Below, in pieces: positions 19,239 through 28,417 of a stretch of DNA of 50,104 bases. The position numbers and the translations under genes were made by a program. Positions within the stretch are counted from its first letter, which is position 1. Each line of letters opens with the position of its first letter. Source of the stretch: Chthoniobacteraceae bacterium (GTDB lineage Bacteria > Verrucomicrobiota > Verrucomicrobiia > Chthoniobacterales > Chthoniobacteraceae); contig JAYTDO010000256.1 in the NCBI GenBank assembly GCA_043735935.1, positions 1-50,104 of the forward strand, written 5' to 3'. The notes beneath the pieces are model-generated. The model ran no database searches and was not told where the DNA came from. It worked only from the letters and a program-made list of their open reading frames with translations.

Positions 19239-20102
19239 TTAACTCCGTTCGATCGGCGCGCGCACTTTGTTGCCCCATTCCGTCCACGAACCGTCGTAAT
19301 TGCGAACCTTCTCGTAACCCAGCAGGTAGGTCAGCACGAACCACGTATGGCTGGAGCGCTCGCCGATGCGGCAATACGCGACGATTTCGGCGTCCGGCGC
19401 GAGGCCGCAACCCTCGGTGTAAATCTTCCGCAATTCCGCCGCGCTCTTGAAAGTCGCGTCATCGTTCACCGCGGTTTTCCACGGCACGCTTTTCGCGCCG
19501 GGGATGTGCCCGCCGCGCAAGACCCCTTCCTGCGGATACTCGGGCATGTGGGTGACGTCACCCTTGAATTCCCCCGGCGAACGAACGTCGATGAGCGGTC
19601 GCCCGGCCTGCATCTGCGCGAGGGCTTCTTCGTAAAATGCACGGATGCTGTCGTCGTGACGCTTCGCCGGCACCGGGTAGGTCGCGGACGCGGGTTGCGG
19701 CTTTTCCTTGGTCAAGGCGCGCCCTTCCTTGATCCATTTGTCACGACCGCCATTGAGGAGCTTCACCTTGGTATGTCCAAACAGACGAAACGCCCACAGC
19801 GCGTAGGTCGCCCACCAGTTGGACTTATCCCCATAAAAAACCACGGTCGTCTCCGGCGTGATCCCGTGGCGCGAGCAGAGGACGGCGAAAGCGGCAGGCT
19901 CGATGTAGTCTCGAACGAGAGGATCCTGAAGGTCTTCGCGCCAGTCGATATGCACCGCACCTGGGATGTGGCCCGTGGCATAAAGCAGGACGTCCTCATT
20001 GCTCTCCACGATGCGAAGGCCCGGATCGTGCAAGTGCTCGGCGAGCCATTCGGTGCTGACGAGCACCTCTGGATGCGCGTATTCGGAGATCGGTTCGCTC
20101 AT
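19239..20102 (-). CDS. Thiosulfate / 3-mercaptopyruvate sulfurtransferase (tandem rhodanese domains)
   Basis: Two rhodanese repeats. The second carries the active-site loop [12 protein letters not shown]-terminal [10 protein letters not shown] and HIPGAVHI are typical of the family. Confidence 0.85.
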   Translation of the reverse strand: MSEPISEYAHPEVLVSTEWLAEHLHDPGLRIVESNEDVLLYATGHIPGAVHIDWREDLQDPLVRDYIEPAAFAVLCSRHGITPETTVVFYGDKSNWWATYALWAFRLFGHTKVKLLNGGRDKWIKEGRALTKEKPQPASATYPVPAKRHDDSIRAFYEEALAQMQAGRPLIDVRSPGEFKGDVTHMPEYPQEGVLRGGHIPGAKSVPWKTAVNDDATFKSAAELRKIYTEGCGLAPDAEIVAYCRIGERSSHTWFVLTYLLGYEKVRNYDGSWTEWGNKVRAPIERS

Positions 20103-20138
20103 AAGTCCGCCGAGATTACGCGGGCGGGTGCGCCACGC

Positions 20139-20864
20139 TCAAACTCCAAATAGCCCGGCGATTTCACCCTGCATCGCCTCGGCGGCCGCACGCGGGTCCG
20201 CGGCATTCCGGATCGGACGCCCGACGACGATGTAATCGGCTCCCGCACGAAATGCCTCCTCCAGCGTCATCGTCCTCTTTTGATCCTCGGCAGGCCCGGA
20301 GGGCCGGATGCCGGGCGTGACGAGAATGGGAGCGGCGCCCAATTCTCGCCGCAACCGCGCCGCCTCGTGCCCCGAGCAGATCAACCCCGCGCATCCTGCA
20401 TCGATGGCCTTTCGCGCACGCATCGACACCAGGTCCGCGACGGGTCCGGTCCAGCCCAATTCGGCGACGTCATCGGCGTCCATGCTCGTGAGCACGGTCA
20501 CGGCGAGCAACTTGAGCGAGCCGGCCACGGGCACGGCGGCCGCATACGCGGCACTCGTCGCATTGAGCGTGCACAGCGTCGCGCCGGAGCGGGCGAGATT
20601 GGAAACGGCGCCACGGACGGTTGCGGGAACATCGGCAAACTTGAGGTCGGCAAATACCTTTTTGCCCTGAGCGATCAGCGCCGCCAGCACCTCGAAATAA
20701 TCCCCGCTCATGCAGAACTCGAGCCCGAGCTTGTAGTGCGAAATCGAATCGCCCAAACGCGCGATCCACCCCATCGCCTCCGCCTTGGTGGAGACATCGA
20801 GGGCGAAGATCAGACGCTCGCGCGCGACGATCGGCTTCGTGGAAAGCAACGAGGCGTCGGTCAC
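20139..20864 (-). CDS. pyrF: Orotidine 5'-phosphate decarboxylase
   Basis: LIFALDV...HYKLGLEF...VFADLKFADVPATV...PGIRP is the classic OMP decarboxylase motif set. GTG start. Confidence 0.9.
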   Translation of the reverse strand: MTDASLLSTKPIVARERLIFALDVSTKAEAMGWIARLGDSISHYKLGLEFCMSGDYFEVLAALIAQGKKVFADLKFADVPATVRGAVSNLARSGATLCTLNATSAAYAAAVPVAGSLKLLAVTVLTSMDADDVAELGWTGPVADLVSMRARKAIDAGCAGLICSGHEAARLRRELGAAPILVTPGIRPSGPAEDQKRTMTLEEAFRAGADYIVVGRPIRNAADPRAAAEAMQGEIAGLFGV

Positions 20865-20888
20865 TGGATGCGAGGATTCAGCAGCCGC

Positions 20889-22208
20889 TCAGCGTGCGGT
20901 GCCAGCGCGGCCCACGGCGTGGTAGGTGAATCCGAATTCCCGCATGGTCTCGGGATTAAAAAGATTCCGTCCGTCGAAAATGAGCGGCGTGTGCATCGCA
21001 GCTTTGACGGCGTCGAAGTCCTGATTCTCGAATTCCTTCCACTCCGTCGCGAGGATGAGCGCTTCCGCGTCCGCGACGGCTTCCAGCGGCGTCTTCGCGA
21101 TCTTCACTTTCGTCGTATCGACCAGCTTCCACTCGACGGCCTTTTCCGCGCCCTTGGGATCGTAGGCGGTCACATGCGCGCCGTCGGCGGCGAGTTTGTT
21201 GATGAGTTCGATCGCGACCGAATTCCGCACGTCATCGGTGTCGGGTTTGAAGGTCATGCCCCAGACGGCGATTTTCTTATCCTTCAAAACCCAGAGCTTC
21301 TCGCGCACCTTGTCGATGAAACGCGACAACATCGATTCGTTGATGCGCTCGACCTCTTCGAGGAGCTTGAACGGCGTGCCGAGTTGTTTACTGATGGCGA
21401 TGAACGCTTTCACGTCCTTCGGAAAACACGAACCGCCGTAACCAAGCCCGGCATTGAGGAAATTTCGCCCGATGCGTTTGTCCATCCCGATGCCGTCGGC
21501 CACCATCTCGACGTCGGCGCCGCTCGCTTCGCAGATCGCGGACACGGCGTTGATGTAGCTGATTTTCAGCGAAAGGAAGCTGTTTGCTGCGTGTTTGATG
21601 AGTTCCGCGCTGTTCACGTCGGTGACGAGGATCGGCGCTTGGAAGGGCTCGTAAACGCGCTTCATCAAATCCGTCGCGCGGTCGCTCGCGCTTCCGATGA
21701 CGACGCGATCCGGGTTCATCAAATCCGGCACGGCACAGCCTTCGCGGAGAAACTCCGGGTTCGATACCACGTCGAACTCCGCGTCCTTGTTGTAGCGCTT
21801 GATGGTGTCCGCCACCTTCTCGCCCGTCTTCACCGGCACGGTCGATTTATCGACAACGACGCGATATTGGCCGGGTTTCAGGACGCCGGCGATTTCCCGG
21901 GCGACCCGCTCGATATAGGTCAAATCGACGCTGCCATCGACCTGCGGAGGGGTCGGCACGGCGATGAAAACGATCTGGCTGTGGTCCACGCCGTCCTCGA
22001 TGGAGTTTGTGAAGCGCAACCGCTTCGCGGAGACGTTCCGATGCACAAGCTCCTCAAGACCAGGCTCATAGATCGGGATTTGCCCGGCCTGGAGCATGTC
22101 GACCTTGCGTTGGTCGTTGTCCACACAAACGACGTGATGGCCGACTTCAGCGAAGCAGGCGCCGCTGACGAGACCGACGTAACCGGAGCCAATGATGCAG
22201 AGATCCAT
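20889..22208 (-). CDS. ugd: UDP-glucose 6-dehydrogenase
   Basis: MDLCIIGSGYVGLVSGACFAEVGHHVVCVD, the catalytic region GGSCFPKDV, and a C-terminal UDP-binding domain. 439 aa. Confidence 0.9.
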   Translation of the reverse strand: MDLCIIGSGYVGLVSGACFAEVGHHVVCVDNDQRKVDMLQAGQIPIYEPGLEELVHRNVSAKRLRFTNSIEDGVDHSQIVFIAVPTPPQVDGSVDLTYIERVAREIAGVLKPGQYRVVVDKSTVPVKTGEKVADTIKRYNKDAEFDVVSNPEFLREGCAVPDLMNPDRVVIGSASDRATDLMKRVYEPFQAPILVTDVNSAELIKHAANSFLSLKISYINAVSAICEASGADVEMVADGIGMDKRIGRNFLNAGLGYGGSCFPKDVKAFIAISKQLGTPFKLLEEVERINESMLSRFIDKVREKLWVLKDKKIAVWGMTFKPDTDDVRNSVAIELINKLAADGAHVTAYDPKGAEKAVEWKLVDTTKVKIAKTPLEAVADAEALILATEWKEFENQDFDAVKAAMHTPLIFDGRNLFNPETMREFGFTYHAVGRAGTAR

Positions 22209-22317
22209 GATGAAAGCGCGTAGGTTTTGGTATTAAGGATGCCCCGGAGGTGTCGGGAAAAGGGGCGCGAATTAAGCGTGAGCCGGGCGGGTAGCGCAAG
22301 TGGCATTTTTCACCTCT

Positions 22318-22356
22318 AAAAAGTGAACCGCGCAGCCACCCAAAGCTGCGCGGTTC
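22318..22356 (-). terminator. Rho-independent terminator downstream of the ABC-F gene
   Basis: Perfect 12-bp stem gaaccgcgcagc (22325-22336) / gctgcgcggttc (22345-22356) with an 8-nt loop. On the minus strand it is followed by ACTTTTT (22317-22323). Confidence 0.7.
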
Positions 22357-22453
22357 TTTACCCAACAACTACACTGTCTACCCGGTCCAAAAATACGCCC
22401 GCTGCGGGGTTTGGCAAACGCAGAACCGCAGTTTTTCACACCGATTCCGGCGG

Positions 22454-24064
22454 CTACTTTGCCGTCAGAGCTGCCCGTTCGTTCCCGACCGTGCCAGTTT
22501 TTTCCAGGAAATAGTCGTAGCCTCCCGCATAGGGGGACACCTTGCCGTCCGTCACATGGAGGACCTTGGTCGCGATCTGCCGGATGAAATGCACGTCATG
22601 CGAGATGAAGACGAGCGTTCCTTCGTAAGCCGCGAGGGCGAGGATGAGTGACTCGACGGTGTGAATGTCGAGGTGCGTGGTCGGTTCGTCCATGAGCAGC
22701 AGATTCGGCGGATCGACGAGGAACTTGATTAGGTTCAGCCGGCTCTTTTCACCACCGCTGAGCACACCGGTCTTCTTGTAGATGTCGTCTTTGCGAAAAA
22801 GGAACGATCCGAGGATGCCGCGCGCTTCATCCTCGCGGATCATTGGTGCGCTGTTGAGGACTTCCTCGAGGACGGTCTTGTTCGCATCCAGCGTATCGGC
22901 GCGATGCTGGCTGAAATACCCGATCTTCGCATTGTGCCCTAGCTTGCGTTCCCCTTTCTGAAATGGAACGACGTCGGCGAGAATCTTGAGGAGCGTCGAT
23001 TTGCCCGAGCCATTCGGCCCGACGAGCACGGTTCGTTCACCCCGCTCGATCATCAGGTCGAGCCCGGCGTAAACCTTGTGCGTCCCGTATGCCATGTGAA
23101 TGGCTTCGAGCGTGATCGCGCGCTGTCCGCCTCGCGGGGGCTGCGGGATCTGGAACCGGAACGGCTTCCGCGGCTGCGTCGGCTTTTCGATCAGTTCCAT
23201 GCGCTCGATCTGCTTGAGCTTGCTCATGGCCTGCGAAGCCTTTGAAGCGACCGACCGGAAACGGTCGTAAAACTCGCGCAACGCCGCGATCTCCTTTTGC
23301 TGGTTCTTGTAGGCCGCCTGCTGCTGCTCGTAATTCGCCTCCCGCTGCCGCAGGAACTCGGAGTAGTTGCCCTTGTAATGCACGAGCTTCTGCTCGGAGA
23401 TTTCATGCACCGTTTCCACGATCTCGTCCATGAACTGCCGGTCATGCGAGATCATGAGAACCGCGCCGGAGTAGGTCTTCAGGTAATTCTGAAGCCAGAG
23501 GAGTGAAAGGAGATCGAGGTGGTTCGTCGGCTCATCGAGCAAAAGCAAATCCGGCTCCATCACCAGCAGCCGGGCCAGATGCGCCCGCATGATCCATCCC
23601 CCACTCATCTCCCGAGCCGCGCGGCCGAAGTCCGATTCCCGATAACCCAAGCCGCTCAGCATCTTCTTGGCCTTCGCGTCCACCTGCGGGTCGCACAGCG
23701 CCTCGTGTTTCGCATGTGCCTCCATGTATTCGGCGCCGTCCACCGCGCCCGCGGATTCGAGTTCATGGAGTCGTTTTTCGAGCGCGGCGACATCCCCCGC
23801 CCGGCCCGTGGCGATATCCATCACACTCTCATCGCCCACCGCCTCGCTCTCCTGCGGCAAATAGCCGATCATCGTCCACTGATCCCGCTCCACGGTGCCC
23901 GCGTCCGGCGTGTCCGTGCTCAGAAGGATGGAGAAAAGTGTGGATTTCCCGGCGCCGTTCGGCCCGACCAGCGCGACGCGCTCGCCGTAGTTTACCTGCA
24001 TGGAGGCGTTTTCGAACAGCGTTCGACCGCCAACAGTTTTTCTGAGATCGCGTATGGTGAGCAT
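22454..24064 (-). CDS. ABC-F family ATPase (translation-factor type; two ABC cassettes, no TM domain)
   Basis: Two Walker A motifs (GPNGAGKST, GPNGSGKST), two ABC signatures (LSGGW, LSGGEKSRL), two Walker B motifs (LLLLDEPTNHLD, LLLMDEPTTHLD), and a charged inter-domain linker. Confidence 0.9.
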   Translation of the reverse strand: MLTIRDLRKTVGGRTLFENASMQVNYGERVALVGPNGAGKSTLFSILLSTDTPDAGTVERDQWTMIGYLPQESEAVGDESVMDIATGRAGDVAALEKRLHELESAGAVDGAEYMEAHAKHEALCDPQVDAKAKKMLSGLGYRESDFGRAAREMSGGWIMRAHLARLLVMEPDLLLLDEPTNHLDLLSLLWLQNYLKTYSGAVLMISHDRQFMDEIVETVHEISEQKLVHYKGNYSEFLRQREANYEQQQAAYKNQQKEIAALREFYDRFRSVASKASQAMSKLKQIERMELIEKPTQPRKPFRFQIPQPPRGGQRAITLEAIHMAYGTHKVYAGLDLMIERGERTVLVGPNGSGKSTLLKILADVVPFQKGERKLGHNAKIGYFSQHRADTLDANKTVLEEVLNSAPMIREDEARGILGSFLFRKDDIYKKTGVLSGGEKSRLNLIKFLVDPPNLLLMDEPTTHLDIHTVESLILALAAYEGTLVFISHDVHFIRQIATKVLHVTDGKVSPYAGGYDYFLEKTGTVGNERAALTAK

Positions 24065-24126
24065 TTTGAAGGTAGTGGGAAAATCCGGGCGCGCACCATA
24101 ACCGCGCCCGGCGGACCTTCAACCGA

Positions 24127-24813
24127 TCAAACCTCCGCGTCGGGCCGGATGCCCACGTAGATCATGTGCGCGGCGCGGCGGGCGGTGTCATGGGATTTTG
24201 CCGGGTGCGGCTCCACGGAGAATCCGGCGCGCGAAAGTCGCTCCGCGAATGGCCGATCTTCGCTCGCCGACCAAAATGCCACGCACCCTCCGGGCCGGAT
24301 GGCCTTCGCGATGCGCTGAAAACCGTAGCGGTCGTAGAGCTGCACATTTTGATTTTGCACAAGCGCGATCGGACCGTTGTCCACATCGAGAATCACGACG
24401 TCGTACGGCTCGGTCTCCGCGCCGCGGATAATTTTGAACACGTCCATGACGAAGACCTCCACCCGCGCGTCGTCGAGCAACGCGCCATTGACGCCGCGGA
24501 GAAACTCCCGGTTCCATGCGACGATCTCGGGCAGCACTTCGGCGACGTGGACGATCGCGTCCTGGCCGACGAGTTCCAGCACACGCCGAAGCGTGAAACC
24601 GAACCCCAATCCACCGACAAGGATACGCGGTGCGCCACCCCGATCGATCCGAGCACACGCCAGTTGCCCGAGTTGCAATTCCGAGGCCGTCGCCGTCGTG
24701 CTCATCAACTGCCGACCGTTCAGCTTGAGAAAATGTTCACCGTCGTGTTCGTGCAGCGTGAGCCGTGATCCGTTCGGAGCCTTCGTTTCGGCGAGTGTGA
24801 GGAATGGTTTCAT
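24127..24813 (-). CDS. Spermidine-synthase-like class I SAM-dependent methyltransferase-fold protein
   Basis: I prefer the ATG at 24813 (MKPFLTL...). Motif I ILVGGLGFGFTL, then HVAEVLPEIVAW and YDVVILDVDNGP. The ATGA overlap with the rlmN stop is at 24810-24813. Confidence 0.7.
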   Translation of the reverse strand: MKPFLTLAETKAPNGSRLTLHEHDGEHFLKLNGRQLMSTTATASELQLGQLACARIDRGGAPRILVGGLGFGFTLRRVLELVGQDAIVHVAEVLPEIVAWNREFLRGVNGALLDDARVEVFVMDVFKIIRGAETEPYDVVILDVDNGPIALVQNQNVQLYDRYGFQRIAKAIRPGGCVAFWSASEDRPFAERLSRAGFSVEPHPAKSHDTARRAAHMIYVGIRPDAEV

Positions 24814-25913
24814 CGAGTTTTTTCCGCGCGCAGTTGTCCGCACCCCGCGGCCACGTCGATGCCGCGCCGTTGCCGCACGGTGCTGGGAATGCCGGCTGCG
24901 CGCAAGACGCGCTGAAACTCGCCAGCGCCGCTCTCGCCAGTCGCCGCGCGGTCGAATCCCGAGGTGGGATTGAGCGGAATGAGATTCACGTGGGCGTCGA
25001 TGCCCCGCAGTAGCTCTGCGAGCCGCTCGGCTTGCGCGGGCGAATCATTTGCGCCAGCGATCAGCGTCCATTCAAAAAAAATGCGGCGCCCCGTTTTGCG
25101 GACATAGGTGCGGCAAGCGGCGATGAGTTCCGAAAGCGGCCAGCGCCGACTCGCCGGGACCAGCGCCGCACGCTCCTCCTCGGTCGCGCCGTGCAGGCTC
25201 ACCGCGAGATGGTAGGGCTGGCCTTCCTCCGCGAGGCGCAGGATGCCGGGCACGACGCCGACCGTGCTGATCGTGATTCGGCTCGGACCGATGTTCAGCC
25301 CGCCGCGATCGGAGATGATTTCGAGCGCCGTGAGGACTGCGTCGTAGTTGTGCAAAGGCTCGCCCATCCCCATCAGCACCAGGTTTCGAAGCCCCGATTC
25401 GCCTCGGGCCCGCAAGTGGCGCTGAGCGTGGAGGACCTGCGCCACGATCTCTCCAGGCCTCAGATGGCGGGCAAACCCCATCTGCCCCGTCGCGCAAAAC
25501 ACGCACCCCATCGCACAGCCCGCTTGCGTGCTCACACACGCGGTGAAGCGCCCGGGATAGCCCATCACGACGGTCTCGATCGTCTGACCATCAGCGAGGC
25601 GAAGAAGGAATTTTCTCGTGACACCGTCTGTGCTGGCGAGGTCGGCCGCCACTTCGGGCACTTCGGCCATCAGCGCACGCCCGACATTTTCATCCACCCA
25701 CCGGCGCAGCGGCGGCGGAAATCCCGCGCACCCTCCAAATTCGACCGACGCATCGCGATGGAGGGCTTTCCAGAACGGGCGCGCATGCCTGGGGCTCACC
25801 TCAGCGGCGGCCAATTCCCCTTCCAGCGCCGAATACGTGAGATCGTACAACGACCGCCGGGCCGCGGGTGCGGCGTCGGAAAACGGCGGAATGGGTGCGG
25901 CGATGTACGTCAC
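24810..25913 (-). CDS. rlmN: 23S rRNA/tRNA (adenine-C2)-methyltransferase, radical SAM
   Basis: CVSTQAGCAMGCVFCATGQMG (CxxxCxxC), GEPLHNYD, and the RlmN-type C-terminus with the conserved Cys in DVAAGCGQL. I prefer the GTG at 25913. The longer track ORF (to 26438) runs through the 3' end of the upstream ntrC-like gene and is Arg/Pro-rich. Confidence 0.85.
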   Translation of the reverse strand: MTYIAAPIPPFSDAAPAARRSLYDLTYSALEGELAAAEVSPRHARPFWKALHRDASVEFGGCAGFPPPLRRWVDENVGRALMAEVPEVAADLASTDGVTRKFLLRLADGQTIETVVMGYPGRFTACVSTQAGCAMGCVFCATGQMGFARHLRPGEIVAQVLHAQRHLRARGESGLRNLVLMGMGEPLHNYDAVLTALEIISDRGGLNIGPSRITISTVGVVPGILRLAEEGQPYHLAVSLHGATEEERAALVPASRRWPLSELIAACRTYVRKTGRRIFFEWTLIAGANDSPAQAERLAELLRGIDAHVNLIPLNPTSGFDRAATGESGAGEFQRVLRAAGIPSTVRQRRGIDVAAGCGQLRAEKTR

Positions 25914-25966
25914 GTTCGGAGCCGAGAGTCGGATAACTGGCCCCGCTTTGCAACCGACCGCGCCGT

Positions 25967-27346
25967 CTACGCCTTCTCCGCGACGGCCCGTTTGACCTCC
26001 AGCTTGCGGTAAAGCGTGGCCATGCTGATGCCCAGCATCTTTGCCGCCTTCTCGCGCGCTCCGCCGTTGAATTTGATGGTCTCTTCGATGTAACGCCGCT
26101 CCTGGTCGCGGATGTATTCGTCGAGAGTTTGCCCCACCGGCAGGACGCCGACGTGCTCCACGGGCGTCGCGCTTGCATGGCGGATGACCTGAGGCGGCAA
26201 ATCCGTCGTGCGAATGACTCCGTCGTCGCACAGGGCGCATGCGCGCTCGATGGCATTCTCGAGTTCGCGGACGTTTCCGGGCCACCGGTATTGCTGCAGG
26301 ATCTCGATCGCCAGCGGGTCGATCTTTTTGGGGTCTGTGGCGGTCTGGGCCGCGTTCTTCGCGAGGAAATGGTGGACGAGAAGCGGGATGTCGTCCGGAC
26401 GTTCCTTCAGCGCGGGCATTTCGATCGGGATGACGCACAGCCGGTAGTAAAGATCTTCTCGGAACTGACCCGTCTTTGTCTTTTCCAGCAACGACTCATT
26501 GGTCGCGGCGAGGACGCGCACATTGATGGGAAGGCTCTTCGTATCACCGACGCGGCGCAATTGCCGTTCCTGCAACACGCGCAGGAGTTTTGTCTGGAGC
26601 GAAAGTGCCATCGAGTTCACTTCGTCAAGAAAGACGGTGCCCTGCTCCGCTTCCTCAAAGAGGCCGATCTTGTCGTTCACGGCGCCGGTGAAAGCGCCCT
26701 TTTTGTGGCCGAATAGCTCGGATTCGAGGAGATTCTCCGGCAACGCCGAGCAGTTGATCGCGACGAAAGGCTGATGCTGCCGGTTCGAGTTAAAATGTAA
26801 CGCGCGCGCCACGAGTTCCTTGCCCGTTCCGCTCTCGCCCTGGATCAGGATGGTGGAATCGGTGTCGGCGACCTTCGCGATCAGGTTGTAGATGTCCTGC
26901 ATCTTCTGCGAGGTGCCGATGATGTTTTCGAAACGATACTTCTCCTTGACGATCTGGCGAAGGTTCCGGATTTCGCGGCGATCGCTCTGGTGGTCGAGCG
27001 CGCGCTGGATGGTCAGTTGGAGTTCATCGACCTTGAATGGCTTCGAGATGTAGTCGTATGCGCCCAATTTCATCGCCTCGATCGCCGTCTCCACCGTCTT
27101 GTAGGCGGTGATCATGATGACCGGCGTCTGCGGGATGACCTCACGGCATTCCCGGAGCACGTCGAGGCCGCCGACCTTGTCCATCCGCACGTCAGTGATG
27201 ACGAGTTGGGGCGAGTTTGCGGCCAAGTTTTCCAGCGCCTTCTGGCCGGAATTATACGCGATCGTCTGGTGGCCGCGTTCGTGGCAGATTTCGGAAATGA
27301 CCGACACCATGGCGGGGTCGTCGTCGATGATGAGAATTCGGGCCAT
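25967..27346 (-). CDS. Sigma-54-dependent response regulator (NtrC family: REC, AAA+, Fis-type HTH)
   Basis: REC (ILIIDDDP, LVITDVRMDKVGG), AAA+ Walker A GESGTGKE, the GAFTGA loop (KGAFTGA), ESELFGH, and a C-terminal HTH (AAKMLGISMATLYRKL). Confidence 0.9.
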   Translation of the reverse strand: MARILIIDDDPAMVSVISEICHERGHQTIAYNSGQKALENLAANSPQLVITDVRMDKVGGLDVLRECREVIPQTPVIMITAYKTVETAIEAMKLGAYDYISKPFKVDELQLTIQRALDHQSDRREIRNLRQIVKEKYRFENIIGTSQKMQDIYNLIAKVADTDSTILIQGESGTGKELVARALHFNSNRQHQPFVAINCSALPENLLESELFGHKKGAFTGAVNDKIGLFEEAEQGTVFLDEVNSMALSLQTKLLRVLQERQLRRVGDTKSLPINVRVLAATNESLLEKTKTGQFREDLYYRLCVIPIEMPALKERPDDIPLLVHHFLAKNAAQTATDPKKIDPLAIEILQQYRWPGNVRELENAIERACALCDDGVIRTTDLPPQVIRHASATPVEHVGVLPVGQTLDEYIRDQERRYIEETIKFNGGAREKAAKMLGISMATLYRKLEVKRAVAEKA

Positions 27347-27448
27347 ACTTTTTGCAGGAGCTGTTCGCGAAATTGAGAGTATCGCGAGAACGAGAGATGG
27401 GAAGCCGATTATCCTAAGAATTCACCGACCCAACCGCGCTCCGCTCCC

Positions 27449-28417
27449 TCACGGTTGCGAAACCACATCCAAAATGGACGGGGGATGCTCCAGGCCGTAG
27501 GTCAGCAACAGTTTACTATCCTCCCATATCCCCGGTTTGTCGGTGTGCATGACGACGGAGATGACCTCCCGATTCTCGCGCAGTGCCGCGCAAGCGAGGA
27601 CTTGTTGAGCCGGGTACGTGTATCCTGTTTTCACCCCAGTGCAGCCCGGGAACTGCCACAGCATTCGATTGTGATTTCGCAACGAACGCACCGCGTAGCT
27701 CGTCACCCACGGATGCTCCTGAGTGCCGACGATCTGGCGGAAAAGCGGCTGCTGCATCGCCGCGCGGGCGATCAGGGCCAGATCGCGCGGGGAGGTAAAA
27801 TGCTCCACGTGATGCAAGCCATGGGGATTCCGAAAACTGGTCGCCGTCGCACCGAGTTCCTTCGCGCGCAGGGTCATTTTGAGCGCAAAGCGATCCATCG
27901 TGCCCGCGTTGTCCCGCCCGAGCGCGTACGCCACGTCGTTCGCACTCTTCAGGAGCAGCCCGTACAACATCTGCCGCCGCGTGTAACGCTCGCCGGCTTT
28001 GATCTCCAGGCTGCTCTCGCCGACCTTCGCGTCCTCGGGAGTGATCTCGACCTCCGCCTCCAGGTTCCCCTCCTCGATCACGAGCAGCGCCGTCATGATC
28101 TTGGTCGTGCTCGCCGGGTACTGCGGTTCGTCGGCGTTCTTTTCGTACAAAGTGCGACCCGTGTAACCGTCCAGCACGATCGCGCCTCGCGCGGCGAGCG
28201 GGAGTTCCCCCTCTCTCAACAAGCGAAAATTCCGTGGATCGGGCTTCGTCGCGGGCGCGCCTTCACGCGTCGAAGGCGCGAAGTCCTCTTCCATGACAGA
28301 CTTGTTCAGGCGCGAAGGCTGAACGCGCGTGATGGGCGCGGGCTTCTTCGGCGCCGCACCGGAGGCCGTCGCCAGCAGACCGGCCAGCGCCAGGACGGCG
28401 AGGTTACGAAACGACAT
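27449..28417 (-). CDS. D-alanyl-D-alanine carboxypeptidase (peptidase S11, low-MW PBP)
   Basis: Signal peptide MSFRNLAVLALAGLLATASGAAP, the SxxK motif ASTTKIMT, the SxN motif KSAND, and KTG (VKTGYT). I prefer the ATG at 28417. Confidence 0.85.
   Translation of the reverse strand: MSFRNLAVLALAGLLATASGAAPKKPAPITRVQPSRLNKSVMEEDFAPSTREGAPATKPDPRNFRLLREGELPLAARGAIVLDGYTGRTLYEKNADEPQYPASTTKIMTALLVIEEGNLEAEVEITPEDAKVGESSLEIKAGERYTRRQMLYGLLLKSANDVAYALGRDNAGTMDRFALKMTLRAKELGATATSFRNPHGLHHVEHFTSPRDLALIARAAMQQPLFRQIVGTQEHPWVTSYAVRSLRNHNRMLWQFPGCTGVKTGYTYPAQQVLACAALRENREVISVVMHTDKPGIWEDSKLLLTYGLEHPPSILDVVSQP

Noticed and set aside
20280-22223. 647-aa plus-strand ORF
   Set aside because: It is antisense to pyrF and ugd, both of which have unmistakable signatures. 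The translation is Arg/Gly/Asp/His-rich with no motifs. Shadow ORF.
22357-22453. Second, weaker hairpin (ctgcgg...ccgcag followed by a T-run) between the ABC-F stop and the strong terminator; possible small RNA
   Set aside because: The stem is only 6 bp with a long loop. The strong 12-bp hairpin at 22325-22356 already explains termination. There is no promoter-like element to support an independent sRNA.
25914-26438. N-terminal 175-aa extension of the rlmN ORF in the six-frame track
   Set aside because: It overlaps the 3' part of the NtrC-like gene on the same strand in another frame and is extremely Arg/Pro/Gly-rich. RlmN homology begins only about 24 aa after the GTG at 25913.
27363-27391. 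Imperfect inverted repeat gttcgcga-N11-tcgcgagaac just upstream of the NtrC-like gene; possible operator
   Set aside because: It is short and imperfect, with a one-base bulge. There is no second copy or known binding-site consensus to compare. It could be chance in a 100-bp spacer.
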